Positions 48,948-62,484 of a DNA stretch of 64,000 nucleotides are shown here, in pieces. Within the stretch, counting starts at the first letter, position 1; every line of letters begins with the position of its first letter. The position numbers and the translations under genes were made by a program. This stretch comes from Halocafeteria seosinensis (Eukaryota): the NCBI GenBank assembly GCA_001687465.1, contig LVLI01000304.1:1-64000 (forward strand), in the 5' to 3' direction. The notes under the pieces were generated by a model. The model made no database searches. It was not told the DNA's origin and saw nothing but the letters and a program-made list of their open reading frames with translations.

Positions 48948-51535
48948 CTATGCGTCCCTTACACCCGCTGGTGAGGACGGAACGGTGGCAGGTTGTACTG
49001 GTGCTCTTTCGGTCTCCTGAGGCAAACGCGCTTGACGCTCTCGTTCTAGTTGTGTTGTTTGTTTCCATCGCTCTAAGGACAGGGTTTCTTCACCATGAGA
49101 AATTGCATTCAGTTTCGCAAGGCTCAACCAGCAATGCATATATTCCTGGCTGATTGTCTCTCCACTCTGCTGCCGCGCTTCGACCATGTCTTGCTCGACC
49201 TGCTTCGTGACATCTTGAGACATGTTGGTGGCGATGTTTCGCACCGTAGCGAAGTATTTTCTAAGAGCAGTTAACTGCTGCTCACTAAATTCAGGCAATC
49301 GGATGGCGGCGTTTTTTAAATTGTTCTGCGCTGCCTCTGATAATGGCAGCCGGATGTCAACCGGCAGCAGCGACCTCCCAGCTGTCAAAGAGAGCACGGC
49401 GATATCAACAGGGAAATCGACCATGTGATACTCAAAATCATACTTCAGTGAGGCGGTGTTCATCACGTTTGCCAGTGCTTGAATATTTTTGACACCGGTC
49501 TCATCGAGTTTCCCAGTGTGCATCACTGTCTCGTCAACGAGCAGATGGCTGCCCGCCGGTAATTGAAGAACACCAGCATTTAAGCGGTTGGTCTCGTAGG
49601 ACTTTTTAGGGTTGAAACGAAGACCATTGAGGTTATTAAGTCGCATGGGCAAAATAATACTCCTTGGAACAATGTTGCTAATGCATTGCGCAAGTCTCTT
49701 TCCGGCGGTACTTCCTCCATCAACTAACGGCAGTGTAGGATCCGCTGGCGCCGGCGGAATAACCGAACTATTACTCTGCCCGGATGGGCTACGTTGCTGA
49801 TGAGAACTTTGTCCCTGTGTCGGATTCTGCTCTGAGCCCTGTTGTTCGGAACCCTGCTGACTCTGAGAACCTTCATTTTGTTGACTTCTCCGCTGGTGAT
49901 CTTGCCACTCGCGAACTCTCCGCTGTTCCTCCTGGGCGCGGGCAATAGTTTCAGGAGTGTCGGATGATTCATCCGGAGCACCGGATAGGTTAACTGATGT
50001 TTTTCCAAGAGCCATCCCTTCTGCTCGAGACGTAATCCGTGAAAGAATGTTAAACAAAATGTACTCTGCAGCAAGTGGGTCATCTCCAATACATGTAGAA
50101 AAGTATTGAACCAGCTGCGCCCGCAGTTCAGATATGGAGCAACCTGTAGATTGCGTGAGTTCACTGAGCGACGAGTGAGCAGTGGAAGCAAGGGTTTTTT
50201 CGTTTTCTACTGAAATCTGGATTTCCTTTTGTTTCCGCTGTTTTTCTGCTTCACTTCCACGCTTTGTAACTTGATCGTTTTCCTGTCCGGCTGACAGAGC
50301 AAACGTCCCTGTGCTTGAGGACATTGGGGGTTGCAGTGTAGGGAAAGTACTGGCGAGATGACGCCACACTACACATTGAACGCGTGGAACAAGACTAGCT
50401 GGAGGATTCTTTGCAAGTGCTTCGCCATCATTGGCCATTGCAAATCTCATATCTATATCCTCCGCTGTGTCTCCTGGTTGCGGATACGCCGATCCGATCA
50501 TCGATGCCTCCCCTGTAAGCTGCGGGTCTACACTTAGCACACCGACTACCTCCACCATATCTCCCACCTTTAACCCAGTAACTTCATCACAGTAGAATCT
50601 CACGAGACACGGTAGCTCGGTCTCGTCCGGGAGAGGATAGTAAGACTTCAGAGCCTCAATTTCCGAATCGCCTTGGGGTTGCGTAGAGTTGTCCGCAGCA
50701 CTAGCCCTAGTGTCTCCACTTCGTTTCGACGATAAACCCTCTTCGTTTGCGCCGAGTCTTTTCGTACCTTGTCCGCCAGTTGATCCGCTAAGATCTTCGT
50801 CCTCTTGCTCCATTGGTCTCTTCCGGGACGCCTTTGCCTGATCTGGGCTGTCGGCTACCGGAGCACTAAATTGGTTGTCGGCAATGGTAGATGAACGTGC
50901 CCAACTTGCTTCACCAGGGATGGGAACCAAGTAATACGGTACCCTGTGCAACATACCACTCCTTGTCAACAGCAGAGAATTAGCATGGTGACCAGTCTGG
51001 AAGCTCACCTCGACTGCAACTGCTTCCCCTCCATATCGCTGGAAGACGGTGGATTAAACGTATCTTGATATTTTGTGGGAAATAGCTTGGTTTCTGCAGG
51101 CAGGTAGAAAGAAAGAATATCTTCAGATAGTTTGACTGGCGTGCGTGTGGGCACTCACCTCCCGAGGGTGTTGTCACTTGGTGGACGGCCTGAAAGTATT
51201 CAGGAGAGAACATATCCTGTACCATCCCACGGTAACGGACGAAAGTGTTAGGTGCCAAAAACCCTTGTTGCAAATTCTTTCGGTTCACCACGGGAATCTG
51301 CGATAGAGAGGGGAGAAAACATGCACGTGAGTCTGACTTCATGTCCCGGTGCTGACTGACGCCCATATCTTACTCTTTCCAGGACATCGTCATCGATGCT
51401 TTTGCGAAATGTTTCCCCCACTCCCCAATCCTGTTCCTGAGGGAGTTGCCCATTATTCGCTTGCAAAGCTTGACTGAACTGGGCCTCGACAACTTGGAGA
51501 GGCCTCTGAAGCAAATCTTCCACTGCGTGAGCCAT
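48948..51535 (-). CDS. MCMBP: Mini-chromosome maintenance complex-binding protein
   Basis: VRYRGMVQDMFSPEYF, LPCLVRFY, GDDPLAAEYIL, PKKSYETNRLNAGVLQL, LLVDET, YDFEYH. Confidence 0.92.
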
Positions 51536-51889
51536 GGTTTGTTTGAATGACCAAAGATTTCCGTAGAATGTATTCGACTATCTTTCCTTGCTGCAGCTAA
51601 CGCAAGTCTGTAAGAGATTAACAAGACGTGCTGGCTTCAGGAACACGGTGGGTTCGATCTCGTATCCTTGCTAGAGGACGGTGCTTTTTGAAATAGCCAG
51701 CTTCTGGCGCGCAAGCTGTCGCCCGTTGTAGATTGGTCCAAGCCGGCGCCAATCTTCAAGTGCACACTGTTGAAATTCTAGCCGGGTACTTGACAAGACA
51801 ACATGAGAAGTAGAGCAAATATAACAAAGAGTGAAAGCGTTTGATGAAAAATCAGTGTATTGAGTAACAAATGTACAGCAAGTTCCCAG

Positions 51890-54800
51890 TTACTGGGATC
51901 GATGCTTCTGCAGGACCGAAAGTGAAAAACAAAATATTGGTGATGCGAATGATAAACGATGGACATATAGTATTTGAAACTCACCTTCGAAGAAGAGGAG
52001 TCCTCAGAAAGGGACTCAAGCTCTAGTTTACCTGCACTGCCATTCTCACGCTGTAGTGAGAAAGTTGACGCCGTCGATGGATGCCGATTTTGTGGGCGAC
52101 TTCGCTTTTGACTACTTGTAGATTCCTTTGCTTTCTTCTTCCTATTTTGTGACTTAGGTCTCATTGATTCATTCTCTCTTTCCACCAAACGCATTAGTTG
52201 GTCACAGCGCTTCGCTAATTCTGCACTAGTTCTCGATTTGATAAACCAGTCAAAGCGGAACGCATACGCTTGTCTGATCTGCACTCGCAGCGCGTCCCAT
52301 TGACCATAGCCAAGTTCGTTAACCATGCATAGGAGAAAGCGATCGTGTTCTTCAGTGAATCCTTTTTTGCTAATTCCTTTACCCGTAGAAGGTAACGTCA
52401 AAGTGTTATAGGGATCTGGGTGCCTGGAGATCTTTTCAGCAAGCTCTGCTTCTACTCGTCGTTGCCTTTCAATCTTTTCTTCACCCTTACGGATTCGGTT
52501 TAGCAACTTCTCCCATCCCGTAATCCTTTTGTAGTTCTTCCAGAATGCACGATAGTATTCCCGTACTTCATCTTCAGTCTTGCCGGTACCACTCGACACA
52601 TCTTCGACGATGTCGTCGAGATTATCTCTTCCGTTATTTTCGCATGCTTTGATGAACTGACTGAAGTCATGCTTATTCCAACTCCCAAACCCGTGTTGGA
52701 GAAGCTTTTCTTTTTCCTCCTTCTCTTCATCAGAAAGCTGCAGTTTCTCTAATTCAGCTTTAATTTGTTCACTTCGTGGTGTCTCTTCAATAGTTTTTTC
52801 GTAGTCTCTTTCGGCTTTATCCCGAGCTTCGGACTCTGAGTAGCCTTCACTGGCATACTGATTGTAAAGACTACGAATACCCTTCTTCCGTTGATGTGCT
52901 TCAGTTTTCGACACCTCCTTCAATTCTTGCTGCAATGTGTGGGCCTTTACTGCAAGGTCATTTTGCTTTTCGTAAAGCTTTCGTAGTCTATCGTGATCAA
53001 AGAACTGGTGTTCTTGAAAGTTAGGGATCTTAATTACTCTGCCTGATTCCTTGATGCTACTCCGGCCTTTCGCAGTGTTCAGTATTTCACGATAGTAAGC
53101 GGAAACATCGTAATTTTGCTTCCGCTGACGTTGGGGAAGATTAATGAAGTTGAGATCTTCCGTCTTTCGGGACTGCTTTTGCCGGTTCATGGTTCCAGAG
53201 AATTCCCCTATTTCATAGACGGATTTATCCGCCAAGGAGGCAGAGTCCAAACTAAAGTTACTCAGGTTATGACTCATGTCTCTCTTAATTTTTTCATTTA
53301 GTTGCTGGGTTTTCTCCTCACCCCGGGCCAGAATAGCATCGACATCCTCGTCTGTTACAACAGCTCGATCGGATCGGAAAATTTCGTCGGCACCAAACCG
53401 GACCATTTGCATCATTTCGTCCTTAGATAACTGCTTATTCTGCTCCATTAGCCGGCCTTGTTGCACAATCGCAGCGTCAAGATACAGTTTTCTCTCCGCT
53501 CGCTCAATGATCTTCTCTTCTATGGTACTTTCCGTGATGAAACGGAATACTCGGACTTGTTTTGTTTGTCCTATACGGTGTGCCCTATCTTGAGCCTGTA
53601 AGTCCATCTGAGGATTCCAGTCGCTATCGTACAGAATGACTACATCGGCGGTATACAAGTTGATTCCTAAGCCACCAGCTCTAGTGGACAGAAGAAAGAC
53701 AAATTTGGAGGAATTTTTGGCGTTAAAATCTTCCATCATTTGGTCTCGGTCTTCACTTTGAGTGTTGCCGTCAATGCGACAATACTCGTAATCCTGTGCT
53801 AGCAGAAAATCCTCAAGAATGTCCAGCATCCGTGTCATCTGCAGAACAACCGAATACGCAACTTCCAGATATCGAGTGTCTTCAAACGCTGAACAGAAGT
53901 GCAGCACTTACTTGACTGAAGATCAATATTCGCGAGCCTTGCTGTTTTAGCTTGGGCAATAGCTTGTTTAACAGAAGCATTTTCCCCGCATTCTCCCAAA
54001 GATGAGGTCCATTATTATAGGGTGGTCCAGGTTCGGCCCCTTCGAATAGGTACGGGTGGTTACATACTTTTCGTAACTGCATGAGGATATTTAATAGGCG
54101 GACCTTATCTGGGCCACCGATTTGATTCAGCGATGTTGCATCTTTCGTTAAGATTTTTTGATACCAGTCCCTTTGCATCTGTGTCATCCCGACATATAAC
54201 TTAGTTTCAACCTTCGGAGGGAGGGATTTCTCAACATCACTCTTCAGACGACGGAGCAAGAATGGCTTCAAAATCTGCATCGAACAGAGCAAACATTGAA
54301 ATAGCATGTAGGGACAACTAAAAGATAAGGAGGAAACATACCGTGTGTAACTTCTGGATAACTGTATCTCGCATTCCTCCGTCGTCTGCGTTGAACCATT
54401 GATCGAAGTCATCAGCATCACCGAAGACGTCTGGTAACAAAAAGTTCAGCAAAGCCCACAATTCATGCAAGTTATTCTGCAAAGGAGTTCCTGTAAGAAG
54501 TAGGCGATTCTGAGAATCTAAATTACGAACTTCCTTCGAGAGAGCAGACTTCTCATTCTTAATTCGATGAGCTTCATCAATGATGATATAACGCCATTGA
54601 AATTTGCGGAATGCCGCCTTCTCTATTATAACAGTTTCGTAGGTTGTAACCACCACTTCGTAATGGCCACTCATCAGCTCTTGAGTAACTAATCTCTTCC
54701 TCTCTTCTTTCTGTCCCTGAAGCCGCAACACTCTAAAACTGGGACACCATTTCTTAAATTCTCGGTACCAGTTGCCCATTGTACTCTTGGGCACAATGAT

Positions 54801-55575
54801 GAGATGAGGTCCGTTTATCTGCCGGTACTGTTTCAAGAAGGCCAGCAAGGCGATTGTCTGGATTGTTTTCCCGAGACCCATTTCATCAGCCAATATTCCA
54901 CTAATACCTGTATCGTATAGACCAACCAACCAGTTCAGTCCTTCGATCTGGTAATCACGCAAGTTTCCTCCTTCCATGATTGTAGGCTGACTACTGACAC
55001 GCATCCCCGAGTTACTATCCATCGCAGCAGCGACGAGGGCATTGTCCTCCTCTTCTTCGGTGAGACGGTGATGTGCACGGTGCACATCCTTCGACTTCCC
55101 CTTATTTCCTTTCTTCCCTTTCTTGGTTGACGTGGTATCGGCATCGGCAGTGGTGTTTTCCCCGGACATAAAATGCGAAAACACCTCCGCTTGTTGCATC
55201 TGCAATCGGCCACAAAATACCACCAGGAAAAACAAGTTAATTGGGCTATCAATGCTCAAAATTCTTCGTTCCTGGTTTGCAACGTACCAAGAATTCTAGA
55301 CGCCTTTGAGACTTGAGCTCGTTTTCACGCTCCACCTTAGCCATCTGTTTATCTTTCACGTCCTTGAGTTTTTCCAATTGAGCTTGCCTTTTACTTTTCG
55401 CTCGCTTAGCCTCTTCATCCTCCAGCTTGTACTCGACTTCCACGTTAGCATCATCATCATTGCTATCGTCGACTGTCTGATTAATGCGCTCTTCTTCCTC
55501 CTTATCTTCCTCCTCCTCATGTTTACTCGACGCTGACGAGGCTGAGGAGCTCATTTTCTCACTCTTTGAGCTCAT
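51890..55575 (-). CDS. ISWI: ISWI-family SNF2 chromatin-remodelling ATPase (HAND-SANT-SLIDE), multi-exon
   Basis: [82 protein letters not shown] motif [11 protein letters not shown]. Last exon KHRSQ* ends at 51890. Confidence 0.96.
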
Positions 55576-57868
55576 GGCACCACCAATAAATGTTCAATAA
55601 ACCCAATATCCAAGTAAAAGAACCAAAAAAGCCTGCAAAAAGGGAGTATTGAGGGCTCAGTAAATTCCAAAACCATGCACATGCTGTTCCCATGTACCAA
55701 CGATATAAGAACTATTTGGCTTACCTTTGTCATTAAAGGAACAAACAAACAAACAATTCGCTACTTGAATGAAACATGTATTGATGATACCACCATGAAA
55801 CAATACTATTGATGTGTCTATCCCTCGATTCCTCTCTGTAGCTGCTTTGAAAAACGAAAGGAATCGGGACGGGTCACTCGTAAGGGGAAGGCCCAGGGGA
55901 GCAAAAGAGGTCATTGGACCACATTTCAAATCAAGGTGACTCTCGGAAAGGAATCCAAGTGTTGGGTTTCAGATATGAATGATTTCGACCAAACGTACTG
56001 GAAAATGAGTTTCGACTCTCAGATCGTTTCATTCAACTTTGGAAAAACGTACAGTGATGCGCGGGTTACAATTCCACCAATTGGTTGGATTCCCGACGGT
56101 CGTTAGTATGTTGTCACGTTTACACTCACGCAACCAAGCCTTTTTGCGCTGCGATAGCATTTTGAAGAATGGCTAGCTTGATGGCGCAACAGACACATTT
56201 TATCTTCCCGGAGATCCTTGCAGCAGAGTGAAACCAGTCTTACGAACGAATTCAAATCACTTTCTGAAGACGGATACATTATGCCAGAGTGAATGCTGCT
56301 TATGCAGACGACATCATACAGGAAGTTCCAGTATGAAGTGACACCTCGGAGCTGCCTGGGTAGTGCTACTGCCGGCCGTCAATGTGTCCTTGGGATAGTG
56401 CGCCTTGGCAGCGGTGGCAAACACCCATTTGTACTGGTATATTAGTCCGCAAACTGGAACGGAATATAAACTTGCGGTCCTTACACCCAGGCGTATAGCT
56501 TGTTTAGTCTTGCTCGAAGACCACCAGCAGAGGTGTATTCGACATCTACCGCTTCTCTTCATTCATTGTACCTTGTTTCTAGCTCAAAATTTGCTATACG
56601 AACCATATGCGTCCAAATCCTTCTTAGCACACCTGACGAAGGCAGCTCGACGGCCACTATCGATCTCTCCTGGCTCAAGCTGCAGTAAAGAATCTAATTT
56701 CGTGGACTGTCAATGAGCAAGCATAACGAAGAATAGGCTTACAGGATTGTCCCCATATACTTTGTCATAACACACTTTAGATATGCACTCGTTCACACAA
56801 TTGTCATTCTCCAAGGGGTGAATATGAGAGCAGGAATCTTCGCAAGCCTTGCTGCGTTTCCAGAATTTTGTAAGCTGTGGGAGCCACGAATACTTCGTTC
56901 AGCAACCAAGTAACGATACATCAGTACGATATTGCTTACTACTTTTCTCTTGCTCTCGTTCCTTCTTCGTCGCTTCCCTTCCACAAGTGACAAGCCGAAT
57001 CCCAAATTCCAGTTGGCGGATAGCTTGCCTAGTGCCGTAGGAGGATACCACGACGATACAAGCATGACCTCATCGCCACAGTTTCTAATCGGGCGCGTGT
57101 TGGGGCAAAGTAATATCAGGTACAGCGCCAGCAATACTATTGTGGATTGCTTCACGGACTGGCGGCAGCTCATCTTCTCGTCCGTCAAACTTAGCGCTGA
57201 CGATTCCACTACGTTAGCCTTTTACCTCCAATTCAACGGAAGCGGAGGCTGACGAGACCTCCTAATTCCGTATCTATTGCGTAAATACAGAGTGTTACTA
57301 CGCACCCACCAAGTTTCCGAAGGAGTCCGTGCAAACTTTGCGCAAGATCTTAATGTAGAAACTTCAAAAATCCAGTGTTTCGGACGGGTCTCCCCCAAAA
57401 CAGTCAATATTTAGCGTGATTTGACCCAAACGATTCCCTGAAATTATTCTTGAATAGGTTCTTTGAAGAGTATTCCAGAGATTCCATAAGCAGGGACTCC
57501 TTCATATTTCGTACACGCAGCAGTATAAAGGGCAAAAGTAAACATGGTAAGGAACCGTTAACGGGAAGCACTGCCCCCCCTTCCAGACCCCCCTGAAAAT
57601 ACTTTTTGTAGTTTACCATACACCATACGGATCGCCTTCTGGCATCTACATGGACCTTATTATGCACAGTCGGATGGATGGATTTGTTGGGGTATCGTGT
57701 TAGAACGCATATGAAATGTGAGCAAGTATAGAGTGGGAGACAGAGGGGGGAATTGGCTGCTCAAGAACCCTTTTGAACTGGATCCACTACCGAGTAGCTC
57801 TACCGATTGAATACTGTACTTAACAGGCTTGATGATAGTATTGGTCTTACCTAATTTGTTTTATATGT

Positions 57869-58531
57869 ATGCAGGCACTACGTCGCTCAGGAGCCGCCAG
57901 TGGCAAAGACCGCAAGGCCAAGTTCGAACTCACGGAGGAGCAAAAACAGGAAATTCGTGAAGCTTTTGATCTCTTTGATACAGATGGCTCAGGTAAAATG
58001 AGTTTGAGGTTTCTTGTACAACAAGGATATTAGCTTTACAAAATCTTGGTCCTCGAACTTTGTGATGAAATGGCAGGTACTATTGACGCTAAGGAGTTAA
58101 AAGTTGCAATGAGGGCGCTCGGATTCGAACCCAAGAAGGAAGAAATTAAGAAAATGATAAGTGACATCGATAAGGACGGTAATGGTACAATTGATTTCCA
58201 AGAGTTCTTGGAAATGATGACGTCTAAAATGGTACGTGCTTCTGTACACTTCCTCTTTCTTCATGCATGTTTTACCTGTTGGCTATTTTATGCCTACTGG
58301 CAGAGCGAGAAAGACTCCAGAGAAGAAATCTTGAAAGCATTCAGATTGTTTGATGATGATGAAACGGGGAAAATATCTTTCCGTAACTTGAAGCGAGTTG
58401 CAAAGGAACTTGGAGAAAACATGACCGATGAAGAGCTCGCTGAGATGATCGAAGAAGCTGACAGAGACGGTGATGGAGAAATAAACGAAGAAGATTTCTT
58501 GAGGATAATGAAAAAGACCAGTTTGTACTGA
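57869..58531 (+). CDS. CETN: Centrin (caltractin), four EF-hands, multi-exon
   Basis: [45 protein letters not shown]...MKKTSLY*. First codon uncertain; a tiny upstream exon is possible. Confidence 0.97.
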
Positions 58532-58974
58532 GATTGTATGCGTCAGCTAAGACCGGAGAGCTGATGACAATGCACGTATCATGCCTCGTATATTATCCCG
58601 ACCTTAATTTGTAGAAGTCCGAACGATGCGACATACGATAGACTAACGTGAGTATAAATAAATTCATTCTAAGTGTACATACGAAATGACACAATTCCGA
58701 CTTCTTTATCGGTCTTTGTTTACGTCACGCATACACATGTTACATGCGTGGCGCCATTGGTTCTCGCACAGTGAACCTTCACACAGACTTGTTCTGTGTT
58801 CCCCGAACAAAAACTCCAGTATTCCATATTACTATGGCTTGTTGCATCCGACCAGCAGTTACGATACCCGCGGTGAGGTGAATTCCCCAGAGGAATGAAT
58901 GGTGCTTGAGTGGAACACGGTTGGGGATTCGAGTCTGCATTGGGAAACAGCATGCAGTGAAACAGTCAAAGAAA

Positions 58975-59913
58975 ATGACGCAGAACGGCCAGGTACACCC
59001 ATATTCTTCTAATCCGTACAATAGAGGAAATGACGGTGATATGGATGATTCCATGCGCGATGATGAGATAACCGGCTCGTCTTCATCCTCTTCTCTGCAC
59101 TTGTTATTCGAAGATGGTCTCCCGAAGGACTTCCAGACGAATTCCGTGGTACAGGTACGGCCCTGCATAAACGAAGCAAGCGACGGTGTTACGCCCTAAA
59201 TAAATTTATTGAACGTCTTTCCTTCTCTTGCGAAACTGCAGGCCGCTATACATATAGATGATAGTGATAGTGACAACGAGTCGGAGGAATCGACAGACTC
59301 GCCGTCGTCAACAAAGTGCTGCGCCGCCGGTAGATCGGCCTCGCAGTCTTTCTCCCGGATGGCAGGAAGTCAGCAACAGACGCTAACCCCCTTTCCCTAC
59401 AGAGATAAAGCCCATAATCGTTCGGTCGAATCATCTGCAGCTCCATTCAGCACGAGTGTGTGTTCAACGTCCTTGTGTGCGTTTGAGGGAATGAACGTGC
59501 CTCGGCAACACAGTATAGAATGCGACGGTAATCAGCGTCCGAGGCGAAGTTATGAAACAGGACACTTAGACTCTACCGGTGGGGGTAAGACTCAAGAGAG
59601 TGCAAGGAGTAATAGAAGAACAAGATCCTGGAGTTTTGACGGAACTGTCGGAAGTGACTATACATGGTCGGCAGCTAGTCATCCGTCTGTGGATGCCGCG
59701 AACATTCCTACTCCTTCTACCTTTAATACTAACCGCACTCGCAAATGGAAGCATAAGTCAGGAGGACCAGCCTCGAGACGAAACCGGCCCACAAGAAGAG
59801 ATGACTCTAGCCCTTACAGTAAAAATTTGCACGTCAAAAAGAAACACAAGCAACAGTACGATCGAGATGTAGACCGCGAACTGTCGCTCTACATGCACAT
59901 GTGGAAGCTCTAG
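58975..59913 (+). CDS. Hypothetical Ser-rich, probably disordered protein (2 exons)
   Basis: ORFs 58906..59199 and 59209..59913 join through a GT-AG intron at ~59155-59241; no family motif. Confidence 0.55.
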
Positions 59914-60020
59914 AGTATTGTAATGTTAAAAAATATCTAAAGAAAATACATATACACATAATTCCTGAACGTGTATCATTAAATAAGTTAGGACTACTCA
60001 CATCATTCAGAAATCTAACA

Positions 60021-61670
60021 TTACTCTGGGGCAAAGCAGACCGGGCAGATCCTCCGCGTGTCTTTACATAGTGTTCGGGTTGCATGCCAACAGCAGCCTG
60101 CCTTCCAACATTCGAATGGAGTATGCAGATGACAGTCCAATCGACGCTGAGGATCAACGCGGCAATGAGGACCTTTAACTTTTCCTGCATGCAGAGAGAA
60201 AGCACCAAATATTACAACCAGGAGCAATGAATACCAATCAAAGCATCTTACTCCATGAATCATCATCTGTCGTAAACTCAGAGGTTTCTTCGATGACGTT
60301 CTCAGCATGAGGATACTCCTGCTGCCACTGTTTGTGACAGTTGGGTAGATTCTTGCAGAATTTGTCGGTAGGGTTAGGGGGAGCGCCTGCCACACAAAAT
60401 TTAGACTTTGTAACGCATTAGAACCTCTACTGGTTATTCACTAACAGAAGGATATGACCGCGTACCTTTGTACGTTTTTGAAATATCTTCACCTGGGTTA
60501 AGACATTTATCTCGGAGGCTTTGGTACACGCTCTGCAGTATTAGTGCATCAGAAGTAAACGACGACCAAGCAATGTGTAACTATGCAAGGCATACATCAA
60601 AGTTGTGCTTTGTCACAATCCTTCCTGTAAGGCTGACAGTGGGATACCCATGATTTCGGGTCTCATGCCACCAGTTAGACGGATAGTATACAACGTCCCC
60701 CGGGTAAAGGAGAATACGACCACACCGTGCTCGCTTAGCTTGGGGTCGCTGCCGGAAGTCTGGTTCGAACGTATTCACCTTTCCAGCACCTCCGAACAAA
60801 TGCTCATCTTGTGGCGGACATAATATCCATTCCTTCAAACCAGCAACCTGAATACAGAGATTTGACCCCTTTTGAGAAAACCGAGAGCTTAAGGGGTTTC
60901 AAATATGCACTTACCTGAGCTTGCCAAGCTCCTGTATAAAATGCATCCCAGTGGTGAAACATACCGGCACCATCGTTACCTGGAGAACCAGACCCCATGG
61001 TTCAAAAGTTTACAGCTAAAATACCCCAATACCAGTCCATACCAATTATTAACAAGTGCCATGAAGTAACTCGTTGAAAATTATTACGGGTTTCTTCATC
61101 TTCGAAACACTGATCCACCCAGGGACTCTGTAGAAACTTTGGGAGTGGATCCACATACTCGAGAAAATGCCTTGTCGCATTGATAGTCATTCTCCACTGC
61201 ATCAACCGAGGAAACGGCGTGCCTGTTAAGTGACTTGTACGTGTTGACAGCATTGATGCAGCAAGTAGACGTACTTGTAAATACTTTGGTGTCTCGTTGT
61301 CTCGAAGTTCATCCAAGGCTGTCCGGAACGGAATCAAATAGGGCTTGTTGCCAATGTCGATAAGGTTGTTCGGATAGAACTCCACAATAGCATCCGAATA
61401 GTTGGTCGCTAATTCTTCGACAGGGAATTCATGCAGTCCTTTCCATTTGGATCCTATGCCAGATAACACGAACGGCATGTCCCCAGTGCGTACATCTTCG
61501 GAAGCCGCGGCGAATTCTTCCATCGTGAATCGTGGAATCCTCACGTATTTAAAGCCATGAGCCCGTGTCGTAGTATACGCCTCCGCAGCGAAATACCCTC
61601 CATTGTGTTGGGGATAAAAAAGGCCAAGCAATATAATCAATACGGGAGAGAACGCCGGCGGTATCATCAT
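60021..61670 (-). CDS. JmjC/cupin-8 2-oxoglutarate oxygenase with a putative signal peptide and a C-terminal trefoil (P-type) domain
   Basis: PFVLSGIGSKW, LIIG/NDGAGMFHHWD (HxD), GLKEWIL, LYPGDVVYYPSNWWHETRN (distal His); last exon CRVDPQRRLDC..TPFECWKAGCCW..CPVCFAPE*. Intron phases are compatible. Confidence 0.82.
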
Positions 61671-61714
61671 TATTCAACGCTGTGCCTCTTCCACAGAGGA
61701 TGGATTCTGTCGAA

Positions 61715-61740
61715 TACACACACACACACACACACACACA
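61715..61740. repeat. (CA)n microsatellite
   Basis: Uninterrupted AC run of about 13 units upstream of the JmjC gene. Confidence 0.95.
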
Positions 61741-61968
61741 AACGTTCACATACAATATTACACATACACAGGGAGGATGGCGTTATAATGGTTATGTACT
61801 ACACACACCCGATATTACGCTCTACAGAAGACGAACTGAGCTGACTGAGCTTGAAGTTTTGCACTTGTGAGTATTACTCCTACAGTTTGAGTAATACTCA
61901 TACTGTTCACGTGGTGTTGACTAGTTTGTTCACAAATACTTATTCTCAAGGATACGGTGACTTTAAAG

Positions 61969-62484
61969 ATGGAGGAGCACTCTGAAATTGGTCACAGGGA
62001 GGAGGAGGAGGAGGAGGAGGAGCAGCAGCACAATGCGGATAGAGATAGCAAGAGTGGTCACAAGCATAAGAACACTGATGACCGTGATGAGCAGCAGAGA
62101 ATTATAGACACAACGACTAAGATGCTAGAAGAACAGGAGAAGGCGTTTGAGGCGGTGGAAGGATCCCAAACAGGCCTCAGGGATACACTGAAGAAAGCAA
62201 TTGCAGGTATGTCGGACTCCACTATGTTCGAATGAAGTGTTATATGCAAGGATTAGCGACTCTTCCGTACAGATATACGGCAAGTCAAAGAAGAACTCCA
62301 ACGAGGTCCCAATGACACAGACGACCAGAAGAATGCCGATGATATCATGGCGGAGGCTGGTACTCTATTCAATGACATCTGTGGCAGAGCCTCCGAAATT
62401 GATGCAATTCTTCGCGAGACAGATGACGCGCTAAACAACACTGTTAATCTTGTTGCCGAAGGGTCAAAAAAGGCTGAAAAGTAA
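61969..62484 (+). CDS. Small acidic coiled-coil protein (2 exons), function unknown
   Basis: ATG at 61969, GAG (Glu) run, intron at ~62207-62272, second exon DIRQVKEELQ...KKAEK*. Confidence 0.65.

Noticed and set aside
58533..58571. Hairpin just after the centrin TGA, considered as a SECIS element or hammerhead (CTGATGA)
   Set aside because: No ATGA..GA quartet, no hammerhead GAAA and stems, and centrin ends at its normal C-terminus (TSLY).
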